In this document: piece by piece, positions 41,646 to 52,108 of the stretch | Numbering within the stretch: the stretch's first letter is position 1 | Layout of the letters: each line of letters starts with the position of its first letter | DNA from: a virus | Length of the DNA stretch: 64,000 bases | Reading direction: 5' to 3' (one strand) | IMG/VR virus record: IMGVR_UViG_3300005856_000023 | Location: 32,001-96,000 of that record | Position numbers and translations under genes: made by a program | The notes under the pieces: model-generated | Databases searched by the model: none | Seen by the model: the letters and a program-made list of their open reading frames with translations, nothing else | What the model was told of the DNA's origin: nothing

Positions 41646-43331
41646 TTATATTTTCAGCTGGCTTAATGTTAGCAATATATCTTTATCGTTTATTGTTCCT
41701 GCTATTTTAGCTAAATCCTCTAATAATTGTTCTTCTGTTTGGTGAACATTCTGAGCAACCTTTTGATAGATCAATAATTGACTGAATGCTGCTACTTCAT
41801 TTACTGTTGTTTGTTCATTATCCTGATTAATATTTTCTAGCATACTATCATTCTTTATTGCATATAGAGCAATACAGTAAGCCATTAATAAGTCATCATG
41901 TTCAAGTTCAGATACAATTTTTCCTTTTCTCTTTTTAAGTGATAGTATTTGTATGGCTAGGTTTTTGCTTTTGATTGCATCTGGATTTTGATTAACAACA
42001 TCATATAAAATAGAGAACATTTTCTCTTTACTTTTTTGTGTAGTGTAGACACCCGGTTTTTGATCATTTAGATTATCTATATAAATTTTCTCTGCATATG
42101 TTTGCTGCAAAATTTCAATAATATGTGAGCCTAGATTCCTCTCTATAACCAATTTACAGTTACGAAACTGTTTAGCTATTTCTGATAATATTCTCAAAAC
42201 AAATGTTACGTCTATGTTACTAGCTTGCCATTCAAATACTAAATCACCATTCTGTGGATCAACACCAACAATAGCATAGCTATCCTTACCATAAGCAGTG
42301 GCTATGTCAACTCCAATATAAATTGGTTTTTGAAACATATACAATTCTATATCACTATACACATTTAAAGCAGTTATAACTTCTCCAAAATCATCTTTCA
42401 AAAAGTATGTTTTTTGTTTAATATTATTGTTAATCCTAACTAATTTGTTCAAAACCTCATCATCATCAATGAAACTATCGCTATCAGGTAAGAACATACA
42501 TTCATAGTTTATTAAAATCTGCCTGAGGTTTCTTGTTCTCTTATATTCCTCTTCAATGTGTTTGTTAGCTTGTTCGTCATCTAGTAAGTCTCTATAGTAG
42601 AATAGTATAGGAGTATATGCTGTTAGACCTTGTGTGCTATCATACCATAATTTGAATGCAAATCTAGCTTCATCATTAATCAAAGCAGCAGCATTAGACA
42701 ATAATATTAATGATGTTGGAAATATATTGCGCATCATACTACGTGTAGCAGCTAATCTTGTTGTTGCTAATTCCAACATTCTCCAATTATTCTTAATGTT
42801 AGCAAACTCATCTATAATCAATATTTGAACAGTTAATTGTTTGAATAGATAGCTTGGATCTTTGTAGTGTTTATTGATACCACTAACTCTGAAAACTGAA
42901 TTATTCTCAAACAATATAACTTTGTTTTGAAACGGTTGTCTTTTGTACTCAACCTTTATAGCGGGAAACATATTATCAATGATACGCAAAACTCTGCTCT
43001 GGAAGTCCATAGCCAATTCATCTTTTAACGATAGATAGTAGACGTGTATTCCTGGATATGCAACTAAAACATATGCTGTTAGTAAAGCAGCAGCTGTAGT
43101 TTTGCCAGCTATCTGAGTTGAACCTAGTGCATATATATCATTAGATTGTAGTGCATTAGTTATTAACAATTTTTGAGGAACGTTTAATGTTATACGAACT
43201 TTTTTGTTATCATCTGTTGGAGCAGGCATTAAAAACAAATTCTCTATGGTCTCAATAGGATGCTGCCTAATATATTGTAACAACAAATCTTTGTTTTGTA
43301 TGTAGTTTTTTAATCCATCTATAAAATTCAT
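41646..43331 (-). CDS. terminase large subunit
   Basis: LNVPQ, GSTQIAGKTT, ILIIDEFA, YECMF, IGVDIA, IERN, HDDLLMA. Confidence 0.9.
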   Translation of the reverse strand: MNFIDGLKNYIQNKDLLLQYIRQHPIETIENLFLMPAPTDDNKKVRITLNVPQKLLITNALQSNDIYALGSTQIAGKTTAAALLTAYVLVAYPGIHVYYLSLKDELAMDFQSRVLRIIDNMFPAIKVEYKRQPFQNKVILFENNSVFRVSGINKHYKDPSYLFKQLTVQILIIDEFANIKNNWRMLELATTRLAATRSMMRNIFPTSLILLSNAAALINDEARFAFKLWYDSTQGLTAYTPILFYYRDLLDDEQANKHIEEEYKRTRNLRQILINYECMFLPDSDSFIDDDEVLNKLVRINNNIKQKTYFLKDDFGEVITALNVYSDIELYMFQKPIYIGVDIATAYGKDSYAIVGVDPQNGDLVFEWQASNIDVTFVLRILSEIAKQFRNCKLVIERNLGSHIIEILQQTYAEKIYIDNLNDQKPGVYTTQKSKEKMFSILYDVVNQNPDAIKSKNLAIQILSLKKRKGKIVSELEHDDLLMAYCIALYAIKNDSMLENINQDNEQTTVNEVAAFSQLLIYQKVAQNVHQTEEQLLEDLAKIAGTINDKDILLTLSQLKI

Positions 43332-43380
43332 CAATTATGTGTGCTATGATATATTTTCCTTACTTCAAGCTGCTGTAAAA

Positions 43381-45081
43381 ATGCAACCTAGCAATAAGGA
43401 TTTTGAAAAGCTATCCAATGTTGAAAGATTGCTTAAAGGTTTAGTTCAAAATAAGTTAGAACAACAAGACGCTGGTATATCAGAAAGATTGTTAAGAGTT
43501 TTAGAAGAAATAGCTCCCACTCTGAAATCTGATTTGAGCAATATATTAAGAAGCACAAATCAAACAAGCATAACAATTGAAACACTAAATGGAAATCCTA
43601 TATTGCAAAGAATATTTGAAATATATATGACCAATTTAGCACCTCAACTATATAATGGCGATAGATATATCATAACTCTTGATATGGAAGTAGACAAAGA
43701 TATAGTATTTAACTTAGCAAAATCACTAGACTTAAACAATATAATCTATGAAGTACTATCTACACTTATAGTAGATGGAAAATGTTATGTTTGGCTAGTT
43801 GACTACAGTAACATTGAGAAACTACTAAATGTAAACAAAGAAAGTTATGTTTATATAGAGAATACACAAGATTATGATTTTGCCTTCATGCAATTGCGAA
43901 ATCTACAGAATAGTAGCAAAAAAAACGAAAACATTAAAGTCACAATAAGCAATAATAAGTTTCACAGACACACAATGCTATATAAAGCACATATTGTTAA
44001 CAAAACAAGAGTTAAAGCTCTTACTTTAGGTAAATTAACAATTGCTTATCTTGTTGTGGGTAATCCATTTACTCAAGATTTGCATACACCTATTAACAGA
44101 GAACAAAATAATCCAGAAAGAGAGCAATTACTAAGGAATATAACAAATGCTCTTGCGAATGCTATATTTGAACACAATGAAGAAATGCTAAGGAAAATTA
44201 AACAAGATTTAGCAGATCATTTTAGTGAGAGCATCTTTTTAGTTCCTGTAAATAAGATTGTTGAGTTTAAATTTCCTAAACCTTATGATGAAGGTTTAAT
44301 AAAAGACATTATTAGTCTGAGTAACTTGTATAATTTATTGTTACAGAAGATAGCTACAGACATTGTCAACGAAAGAAAGGTATTAAATGTTACTGTGGAA
44401 GTTTCTAATCTATCTAATGCTCATGTATCACATTATCTGCAACAAGCACTCACAATGTTTAAAAGCGAATTAATTCCAGTTAATGATATTATACCAGCTC
44501 AGACATTTCCCAAATTCTTAACACCATACAACATACTTATCATACCAACAAAGAATGGACAAAAATATTTTAACATTGAAGGTTTTACACCTATGGGAGA
44601 ATATAATCCAAACTTACAATCTTTATTCGATATGCTACAAAGTATTATAGGCAAGGTAGCTGGCTTACCAGCTTCACATCTAATACAAGAAACAGAAACG
44701 GCTCTATTAGGAATAGTGTCTAGCTACTTTCTAGAGAAAATAATAATGTTACAAGAACCAATTAATCAAGCACTAACAAAACTTATGTTGTACTATATGT
44801 ATTTGCTAGATAAAGATCTTTACTATATGTATGCAGAACTACTCAAAATTGAATTAACGAAACCTGTAAGTCTGATATTTAGCACACTGTCTGAGATATT
44901 TTCATCTCTATCTACAATGCAGTCTATACAATTGCAAAAGAATGTTAATTTTGATAATCTCATAAAGCAAATACTCGGAGAAAAGTTTTATGAGATGTTA
45001 ACAAAAGAAAGCATAAACCTTAATACAAATAATACTGAAGTAGACGAAACTTTTACAACTGAACAATTTCCTTATTCCTAA
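43381..45081 (+). CDS. portal protein
   Basis: Size, LIVDGKCYV and GLPASHL motifs, divergent from terminase. Confidence 0.7.
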   Translation: MQPSNKDFEKLSNVERLLKGLVQNKLEQQDAGISERLLRVLEEIAPTLKSDLSNILRSTNQTSITIETLNGNPILQRIFEIYMTNLAPQLYNGDRYIITLDMEVDKDIVFNLAKSLDLNNIIYEVLSTLIVDGKCYVWLVDYSNIEKLLNVNKESYVYIENTQDYDFAFMQLRNLQNSSKKNENIKVTISNNKFHRHTMLYKAHIVNKTRVKALTLGKLTIAYLVVGNPFTQDLHTPINREQNNPEREQLLRNITNALANAIFEHNEEMLRKIKQDLADHFSESIFLVPVNKIVEFKFPKPYDEGLIKDIISLSNLYNLLLQKIATDIVNERKVLNVTVEVSNLSNAHVSHYLQQALTMFKSELIPVNDIIPAQTFPKFLTPYNILIIPTKNGQKYFNIEGFTPMGEYNPNLQSLFDMLQSIIGKVAGLPASHLIQETETALLGIVSSYFLEKIIMLQEPINQALTKLMLYYMYLLDKDLYYMYAELLKIELTKPVSLIFSTLSEIFSSLSTMQSIQLQKNVNFDNLIKQILGEKFYEMLTKESINLNTNNTEVDETFTTEQFPYS

Positions 45082-45099
45082 TTATTTTTTTGCAAAAAA

Positions 45100-45669
45100 T
45101 TATGGATACAACTCAGCTGTCAGTGGAATATTAACAGATGCATTATATATAGTTGTAGAAGTGTCTATATCTAGTGCTAGTATAGGTATTCTACAATTTG
45201 GAGTATTACTTAAGTTAAATATTTTACTTTCAGATCCAGTAGATAGAACCCATTCCATGTTCGTTGTTTTGATACCATCATTACATCTTATTATATTTGT
45301 TTGTACACAGAGATAAGTTCTAAATAGAGTTGCTGTTATATTGTTTGCTGTTTTGTAACTATCTATCTCACTTTTTGTTATTGTAATTGCTTTTGGTTTA
45401 GATATTATTAGTCCAAAACTTTCACATTGTGCTAGCCCAGGTTGTATTGTAACAACAATATCATTTGGAGAAGATGTCACAACCGCAGGTAGAAATCCTT
45501 TTAATGGTCCTATGAAGTCAAAACGACCTGTAATAGCAAAACCTGGAAAGAGATACTTTATTCTATCAGGTGTATATTTATAAACCTCATCAAAGACAAA
45601 TAAATAATCTTCATTATTCATTAGTTGATCTAGCGTTCTTATATCCTGTTGAACAATTGCCACAGACAT
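45100..45669 (-). CDS. probable tail/baseplate structural protein
   Basis: VTIQPGLA..., IPILAL pattern; AGC class. Confidence 0.5.
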   Translation of the reverse strand: MSVAIVQQDIRTLDQLMNNEDYLFVFDEVYKYTPDRIKYLFPGFAITGRFDFIGPLKGFLPAVVTSSPNDIVVTIQPGLAQCESFGLIISKPKAITITKSEIDSYKTANNITATLFRTYLCVQTNIIRCNDGIKTTNMEWVLSTGSESKIFNLSNTPNCRIPILALDIDTSTTIYNASVNIPLTAELYP

Positions 45670-45703
45670 ATCAAATTTTTGTGCTTACAATAAACAAAAA
45701 ATT

Positions 45704-46465
45704 TTATCCTATGAATTCTTTCTCTTTAAAATCCTGTAAAATATGTAATCTGGGACTGAATATCAAATTATGTTTTGCGCAGAATAATAGTGTCTCATAA
45801 CTATTGTTTAATTGTTTTTCTCTTGTTGCTCCTTCTGGCATAACAAATATGCCAATTGCTTTATTTCTTACTTTTTCTACCAATGACAATATAAATTCCT
45901 GGGTTTGTGAACTTTCATAAACAAATTTAAGGGAAAAGCTTATGTTGTTTACATTCATATTGTTTAACTGATCTACGAGTTTTGGATACGTATCTACATA
46001 TTTATGTTGATATCTCGTTTCTTTTGGTGATATGCTAAAATGAAATTTTATGTTATTACAATGAACAAAGTCATCTATTATAGGGTTTGTTCCATTTGTT
46101 TCTATTATGACAAAATCTTTTCCACTATATTCATTCCATAGTTTTGATACTTCAATTATAAATGCTTGTCTATCTTCTGTCATTAAAGGTTCTCCACCAG
46201 TAAACATAAGCAAATAATCTTTTAGCTCATAACTAACATTCTGAACAGAATCAACTATATAGTTTGCTAATATGTAGTTTATCAGTTCCTCTGGACTAAA
46301 ATCTTTACCTGGATTTGACCAATTCTCATAGCTATCACAAAATTTACATCTTAGATTACAACTAGCAAATCTGATTAACAATACAGGTAACCCTATATAT
46401 GCTCCTTCTCCTTGCAATGTCTTGAAAATTTGATAAATACGCTGTTTATTAACTTTGGTTGTCAT
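45704..46465 (-). CDS. queE: 7-carboxy-7-deazaguanine synthase (radical SAM)
   Basis: TLQGEG, CNLRCKFCD, TGGEP, IETNG, ISPK, SPRLH. Confidence 0.93.
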   Translation of the reverse strand: MTTKVNKQRIYQIFKTLQGEGAYIGLPVLLIRFASCNLRCKFCDSYENWSNPGKDFSPEELINYILANYIVDSVQNVSYELKDYLLMFTGGEPLMTEDRQAFIIEVSKLWNEYSGKDFVIIETNGTNPIIDDFVHCNNIKFHFSISPKETRYQHKYVDTYPKLVDQLNNMNVNNISFSLKFVYESSQTQEFILSLVEKVRNKAIGIFVMPEGATREKQLNNSYETLLFCAKHNLIFSPRLHILQDFKEKEFIG

Positions 46466-46511
46466 GCTAATAAATTTAGGTATATTGTAGCAAAAAAAAC
46501 TAATCTAAAAG

Positions 46512-46874
46512 TTAATCTTTGTAGATGTTGTAATACGAGAGCAAGTCAATAAACATTAGAAAATCATTTTCGTACGCTTGGAGTTTGTAAATATACTCTC
46601 TGTGAACATAATCATAATCGTTATACACTAGCTCTATACCTATCAAAATCCAAACACTTTCACCACTTTCCTCCGTTTTTCTATGTAAGAATTGTTCGTT
46701 ACTTAGTATATACAGCTCAGAGTATCCTCTCATGTAATCGTCATTTCTCTTAACCAGAGACGGTTCAGGTAAAAGCATCTCTTCTTCTGTTAATTCTCTA
46801 TCAAGCACTTCCATAAACCAGAAAAACTTCTTTCTAAGCTCACTATAAAACTTTCCTTTTTTTGCTAAAGGCAT
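46512..46874 (-). CDS. hypothetical protein
   Basis: AAGGAGGT SD; 120 aa. Confidence 0.75.
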   Translation of the reverse strand: MPLAKKGKFYSELRKKFFWFMEVLDRELTEEEMLLPEPSLVKRNDDYMRGYSELYILSNEQFLHRKTEESGESVWILIGIELVYNDYDYVHREYIYKLQAYENDFLMFIDLLSYYNIYKD

Positions 46875-46889
46875 AGCACCACCTCCTTT

Positions 46890-47390
46890 TTAGGTTTGAT
46901 TATGATTTTTTTCTCTTTGGATATGCGTGTAGAATAGAGAACTTAGTGTTATGTCTTCGTATCTTTTCCAAACGAGTTTCAAAAACTCCCGTTTTGGCTT
47001 TATTGCAGACCACGTGGGTGATCTATCTACAGCCCTTAGTACTTTTTCTATAGTTTCTTGCCTGACCATTGCAATAGGATAACTTTCTTGTTCCAGTAGT
47101 TCTCTTCTAAGATACACAATAAAAGGCAAAGGTGCAAAGGTGTAATGTCTTATGTGTATCCTAATAGAACACGTAGTAAGACTTACCCACTCCGTTAGAG
47201 GAACTGCATGAACAAGTCCCTCGTCTTCTATATGGAAAATTAGCACGTATTCTTCGGGCATCCAGAAAAGAACTCTAATTTGTCCAACCTGAACAGGGAC
47301 CCTTGCTTCTTCCTTTACTTTAAGCCTTTCTGTCCCCAAACTGTCTTTATAGAATTTCAGAGAAGCCTTAAGCTCTTTTATATCCCTCAT
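46890..47390 (-). CDS. hypothetical protein, paralog of 49838-50350
   Basis: Shared LFWMP.EYVL, GLVHAVPLT.WVSLTTCSI, SPTWSAIKP. Confidence 0.85.
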   Translation of the reverse strand: MRDIKELKASLKFYKDSLGTERLKVKEEARVPVQVGQIRVLFWMPEEYVLIFHIEDEGLVHAVPLTEWVSLTTCSIRIHIRHYTFAPLPFIVYLRRELLEQESYPIAMVRQETIEKVLRAVDRSPTWSAIKPKREFLKLVWKRYEDITLSSLFYTHIQREKNHNQT

Positions 47391-47657
47391 ATCCAACCAC
47401 CTCCTTTAAAAGTTTTTCTTGTATACAAATTTAGATAGTTTTTTAACACATTCTTAAAGTGGATTATAAGCAAAAATTTCATGAACTACAACATATAATA
47501 AACTACATTTTACCAAAGATTTAAAGGTTCAACAACTAAAATGTAATAGTCATAGCGAAAGAAAAAGAAAAATCTATCCTTTCTGTTGCAAGGTATTACA
47601 TATTTGCAATCTACATAATCTATCAAGTAAAGTAAAGCGTTCTTCTCATCATTAGGT

Positions 47658-47783
47658 TTAGTCAATCTTCTCAAAAATACGTCTCCACCAAATCTCCCTG
47701 TCATCAACATGTTCTACCACGACCTTGCCTCCTTGCTTGTTTTCAATTTGCTGGGCTTCGCCCCTGGTTTGTAACTCTTTCAT
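47658..47783 (-). CDS. 41-aa ORF MKELQTRG..., possibly the frameshifted 5' part of a gene ending at 47510
   Basis: GGAGGTG SD, ATGA overlap with upstream stop; identical copy at 51339-51464. Confidence 0.5.
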   Translation of the reverse strand: MKELQTRGEAQQIENKQGGKVVVEHVDDREIWWRRIFEKID

Positions 47784-48394
47784 GATTTCACCTCCTGTAA
47801 TTTTTCTTTTATGAGATTTATTACCTCCTCAGCCAACTCCTTTCTTTCTCTCCTTGGCATCCAATCCCAGTCTGGGTTCCCTTTAAATACAATGTTTAGG
47901 ATTTCATCAGGTTCCAGCCTATCAATGTAATATTTCAACCAGTTTTTCCACAAGTCCAAAACCCACTGATCTGTATCTTTTATCTCCTTCCTTGCAATCA
48001 GTTCTTTCTTAAGAAGGTCTAACCACTCCTCCACACTTAGCCCTGCCCATTTCTCCTCCTTTCCTGCTAACTCTTCAATTCTTTCATAAATTTCCCAAGC
48101 TAACTCCTTCCTTTCCTCAGCCTCTAAATTGTTCCACTCGTCCATTCCACTCAAGAATGTGTCCATAATGGAAGCCAAACTCCACCCCCAACTCCTTTCA
48201 GGAGTAGTATCTAACCAAATCAGTAGTCCTTTTGCCCAGTTTCTTGGCTTTCTAAGATAGTCATAGTAAAGACTGTCCCTTAGAAATTCAATAAATTGAT
48301 TGACCAAAGCTTCCCTATCCATATCACCACCTCCTTTTTGGCTTTGCTGGGATACCCTCCCAGCGGGGGTTTGAACTTGCTCCTTCTTTTCCAT
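47780..48394 (-). CDS. hypothetical protein (copy A), with in-frame upstream ATG at 48421
   Basis: SD AAGGAGGTG; two internal W....ERKELA.E repeats. Confidence 0.8.
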   Translation of the reverse strand: MEKKEQVQTPAGRVSQQSQKGGGDMDREALVNQFIEFLRDSLYYDYLRKPRNWAKGLLIWLDTTPERSWGWSLASIMDTFLSGMDEWNNLEAEERKELAWEIYERIEELAGKEEKWAGLSVEEWLDLLKKELIARKEIKDTDQWVLDLWKNWLKYYIDRLEPDEILNIVFKGNPDWDWMPRRERKELAEEVINLIKEKLQEVKS

Positions 48395-48428
48395 GGCTTC
48401 ACCTCCTTTTAAAGTTTTCATAGTTTTA

Positions 48429-48457
48429 ATTATATACTTAGTCTAAAACTCTGTCAA
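48429..48457 (-). promoter_or_regulatory. consensus sigma70 promoter
   Basis: TTGACA-N17-TATAAT, exact. Confidence 0.85.
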
Positions 48458-48483
48458 GGACTTTTTTATGATTTCCATCATAA

Positions 48484-49242
48484 TTAAAGATTAAAGATAG
48501 CTTGCAAGTATGCAAGGTAGATGCTGTCTCCTAAACCTGCCCCCACCATGAGGTTAGCCAAAAAGGACAAAAGCCCAGCCTTTGAAACCTTGACTTCCCT
48601 CCATCTTTCATTTTCCAAGTCTATAAAAAGCTCTCCCGGAATTTCCGCCCCCATCCCTATAGTTCCAGCGTAAAGCTGATAAGCGTAGATGTGCGGGGAC
48701 ACGGGCAGGTTCAGCTTTGAAAGTTTTCTCACAATCTCTTCTGCCACCTCTTCCACTTGCCCCTGCAAAACCTTCCTCAACCATGAGTGATACTGAAAAA
48801 TTGCAAGTTCGTTCAAGGGTAAATCGTTTCTAATGATCAGCCAGAACAAAGCTTCTCCACCGCCATATGAAGCATTCCATATCTGATCTGGTTCTCGGAA
48901 ATAACAATGCCCTACTTCATGAATGATTATGTGCTCTGCCGGGTTTTCATCTCTGAATGACACCACCCCCTCTTCTATGAAAGCCACCCCGCCCGTCCTG
49001 CTGGCATAGGCGGGGAGCTTAGCAGTCTCTCTTTCAAACTCTTCTTTTGTAATAGCCTTCATCTCAAAAAGCATCTCAAGGAATGCAAGATGATCTACCG
49101 CTTCAGGATTGCGGTCTGCCACGGCAAACTCCTCTTTCCACGGGATGACTTCTACGCTTTTAGAAAATTCAACGAAGTCTTGAAATTTCCTCTTGATAAG
49201 AGGAAAGCTTGGGCATCTCACGAGGTAGTCGTAAGCTTTCAT
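48484..49242 (-). CDS. HExxH zincin-like metallopeptidase domain protein
   Basis: IIIHEVGHCYF; SD GGAGG. Confidence 0.65.
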   Translation of the reverse strand: MKAYDYLVRCPSFPLIKRKFQDFVEFSKSVEVIPWKEEFAVADRNPEAVDHLAFLEMLFEMKAITKEEFERETAKLPAYASRTGGVAFIEEGVVSFRDENPAEHIIIHEVGHCYFREPDQIWNASYGGGEALFWLIIRNDLPLNELAIFQYHSWLRKVLQGQVEEVAEEIVRKLSKLNLPVSPHIYAYQLYAGTIGMGAEIPGELFIDLENERWREVKVSKAGLLSFLANLMVGAGLGDSIYLAYLQAIFNL

Positions 49243-49254
49243 CTTGTCCCCTCC

Positions 49255-49776
49255 TTATTCAAGTTCTTTCAAAAGTTCTTCATCTTCAACGGGCAATTCT
49301 TCTACTCTACCGTCTATATGAAGTATAGTTATGCCTCTTGGCGGTGCTCCATATAGCCTCCCCGTTCTGCTCCATTTAATTTTTATTGCTTCGCTTGATG
49401 TTTCTACCAACACGCCCTCACTCACTCCCAAAGATCCTCTTGGTGACGAATATTCCCAAAACTTATACACTTTACAGTCTTCACAATCATACACTTCTAA
49501 GCTACTATCTCCCCTATAACCACACCCTTTGATGTAATAAAAAACATTTTTATTCGTGTCGGGTTTGAGTATAAGGGTTCTATCGCTCTTTCCCTGTTCT
49601 ATTCTTGCACCTTTGGCTGGAAAGATGAACCTTCTCGCTTCAATAAGTTCTTCGCTCAGAAGCTTTCTATTGATCCATAGCAGATAAGTAGGTCTGCCGT
49701 GAGTTTCTGCACCGATTTCCACATAATAAAACACCTTACCGTCCGCTTCCTTCTCATAAAGATATAGCTTTACCAT
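49255..49776 (-). CDS. hypothetical protein
   Basis: SD AAGGAGGTGA; 173 aa. Confidence 0.8.
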   Translation of the reverse strand: MVKLYLYEKEADGKVFYYVEIGAETHGRPTYLLWINRKLLSEELIEARRFIFPAKGARIEQGKSDRTLILKPDTNKNVFYYIKGCGYRGDSSLEVYDCEDCKVYKFWEYSSPRGSLGVSEGVLVETSSEAIKIKWSRTGRLYGAPPRGITILHIDGRVEELPVEDEELLKELE

Positions 49777-49837
49777 TGCATCACCTCCTTTCCCTTGTTT
49801 TAATCATCTACTAAGTTATATATAACCCCCCCTTCCC

Positions 49838-50350
49838 TCATTTCCTGACACTCTCCCTAAGGCTATACGTGTAGAATAGAGAATTTAGTATTATGTCTTC
49901 GTATCTTTTCCAGACGAGCTTTAGAAAGTCCCTTATGGGTTTTATGGCGGACCAGGTGGGAGAGGTCTCTACGTCCTTTAAAACCTTTTCTATTGTGTCT
50001 GGACGGACTTTGTAGACGGGGACTCCCTCTTCTTCCAGAATTTCCTTTCTGATATAGACCACAAAGGGCAAGGGTGCATAGAGTTTGGGAAAGCCCACCA
50101 CATACTCGGGAAGATGAATTTTGATGGAACAGGTGGTGAGGCTGACCCACACAGTCAAGGGCACCGCATGGACAAGGCCATCCTCTTCCACATGGAACAC
50201 AAGGACATATTCATTGGGCATCCAGAAGAGGTTTCTGAGCTGGCCTATCTCAACGGGTTGTCTTTTATCTTCCTTGACCCTTAACCTTTCCTCTCCTAAG
50301 CTCTCCTTGTACAGTTTCAGAAACATTCTCAGTTCTTCCTTGTCTAACAT
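49838..50350 (-). CDS. hypothetical protein, paralog of 46890-47390
   Basis: SD AAGGAGGTGA; shared motifs. Confidence 0.85.
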   Translation of the reverse strand: MLDKEELRMFLKLYKESLGEERLRVKEDKRQPVEIGQLRNLFWMPNEYVLVFHVEEDGLVHAVPLTVWVSLTTCSIKIHLPEYVVGFPKLYAPLPFVVYIRKEILEEEGVPVYKVRPDTIEKVLKDVETSPTWSAIKPIRDFLKLVWKRYEDIILNSLFYTYSLRESVRK

Positions 50351-50419
50351 GGCTTCACCTCCTTTTAAGTTTTTTTGCTAGGCTTAAATAACCCACCCCA
50401 CTGCGGCGGTGGGATAAAA

Positions 50420-51073
50420 TTAAGGGTAATAGACATACATGTCATAGCCTTCCTCAAAACCTTCTTTCTCTAAATTCACCTTTAAATCCTCCAATAGTCC
50501 TTTTCTCTCCTGTGGTTTCAGCGTTGCAAGTTTCTCAAAGAGGTCGCCAAACTCCTTCAACCACTTCTGATAATATCTTTCTATGTATGCCCTGAAAGCC
50601 CTTTCTCCGCTCTCTAAAACATCTTCATCCTTTAGAAGCATTCTTATCACCCAAACCAACTTGTGCCATTTCTCCGCCTTTTCTTTTTCCTCCTGAGTCC
50701 AGTTCTCCTCTACCGCTACACCCGACAGTCTTCTGTCTCTCACATCTTTAAAGAGGGATAAGACCGATTCCTTGTTCCAAATCTGGATAACCTCATTGTT
50801 CCATTCGGGTTCCACATAAACCAAGTTCCCTCCTATTTCAACTCCAATATAATCCAATCTTTCTAATGCATAAGGATTATCTGGACTTACCCTTTTTACT
50901 AACCAAACATTCCTAGCATCATCAAGTGGACAAAGCCACCAACGGATTGGCCAATACCAGTCCAAGTTTTGAATGGTAAATTTCCAGGGTACAGAAGGAA
51001 CTTGTGGCTTCTCATCATACAAACGGACAAGCATAACATCTACTTCAAATTGGATTTGTTGCAACTCTTTCAT
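50420..51073 (-). CDS. hypothetical protein
   Basis: Driven by cassette copy 51071-51190; SD. Confidence 0.8.
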   Translation of the reverse strand: MKELQQIQFEVDVMLVRLYDEKPQVPSVPWKFTIQNLDWYWPIRWWLCPLDDARNVWLVKRVSPDNPYALERLDYIGVEIGGNLVYVEPEWNNEVIQIWNKESVLSLFKDVRDRRLSGVAVEENWTQEEKEKAEKWHKLVWVIRMLLKDEDVLESGERAFRAYIERYYQKWLKEFGDLFEKLATLKPQERKGLLEDLKVNLEKEGFEEGYDMYVYYP

Positions 51074-51077
51074 GTTA

Positions 51078-52108
51078 CACCTCCTTTAAAAGTTTTTCTT
51101 GTATACAAATTTAGACAGTTTTTTTAACACATTCTTAAAGTGGATTATAAGTAAAAATTTCATGAACTACAACATATAATAAACTACATTTTACCAAAGA
51201 TTTAAAGGTTCAACAACTAAAATGTAATAGTCATAGCGAAAGAAAAAGAAAAATCTATCCTTTCTGTTGCAAGGTATTACATATTTGCAATCTACATAAT
51301 CTATCAAGTAAAGTAAAGCGTTCTTCTCATCATTAGGTTTAGTCAATCTTCTCAAAAATACGTCTCCACCAAATCTCCCTGTCATCAACATGTTCTACCA
51401 CGACCTTGCCTCCTTGCTTGTTTTCAATTTGCTGGGCTTCGCCCCTGGTTTGTAACTCTTTCATGATTTCACCTCCTGTAATTTTTCTTTTATGAGATTT
51501 ATTACCTCCTCAGCCAACTCCTTTCTTTCTCTCCTTGGCATCCAATCCCAGTCTGGGTTCCCTTTAAATACAATGTTTAGGATTTCATCAGGTTCCAGCC
51601 TATCAATGTAATATTTCAACCAGTTTTTCCATAGGTCCCTAACCCACTCTTCCGAATCTCTTATCTCCTTCCTTGCAATCAGTTCCTTCTTCAGAAGGTC
51701 TACCCACTCCTCCACACTTAGCCCTGCCCATTTCTCCTCCTTTCCTGCTAACTCTTCAATTCTTTCATAAATTTCCCAAGCTAACTCCTTCCTTTCCTCA
51801 GCCTCTAAATTGTTCCACTCGTCCATTCCACTCAAGAATGTGTCCATAATGGAAGCCAAACTCCACCCCCAACTCCTTTCAGGAGTAGTATCTAACCAAA
51901 TCAGTAGTCCTTTTGCCCAGTTTCTTGGCTTTCTAAGATAGTCATAGTAAAGACTGTCCCTTAGAAACTCAATAAATTGATTGAGTAGGGCTTCCCTATC
52001 CATATCAACATCTCCTTCATCGGTTTGGCTTTGCTGGGATACACTCCCAGCGGGGGTTTGAACTTGCTCCTTCCTTTCCATGACTTTACCTCCTCTTAAG
52101 GTTTTCAT
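51078..52108. repeat. ~1-kb direct repeat, copy B
   Basis: Matches 47398-48420. Confidence 0.95.
51461..52081 (-). CDS. hypothetical protein (copy B), with in-frame upstream ATG at 52108
   Basis: Near-identical to 47780-48394. Confidence 0.8.
   Translation of the reverse strand: MERKEQVQTPAGSVSQQSQTDEGDVDMDREALLNQFIEFLRDSLYYDYLRKPRNWAKGLLIWLDTTPERSWGWSLASIMDTFLSGMDEWNNLEAEERKELAWEIYERIEELAGKEEKWAGLSVEEWVDLLKKELIARKEIRDSEEWVRDLWKNWLKYYIDRLEPDEILNIVFKGNPDWDWMPRRERKELAEEVINLIKEKLQEVKS

Larger units (their letters stand above)
47398..48420. repeat. ~1-kb direct repeat, copy A
   Basis: Near-identical to 51078-52108 (offset about 3.68 kb). Confidence 0.95.

Noticed and set aside
47510-47710. 66-aa TTG-start ORF (and copy 51191-51391) as independent genes
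   Set aside because: The SD-led start is at 47783 in another frame; more likely the tail of a frameshifted gene
47753-47763. GGGC-GAA-GCCC mini-hairpin as an N4-type hairpin promoter
   Set aside because: Found only in the duplicated block, inside an ORF, and not at gene starts
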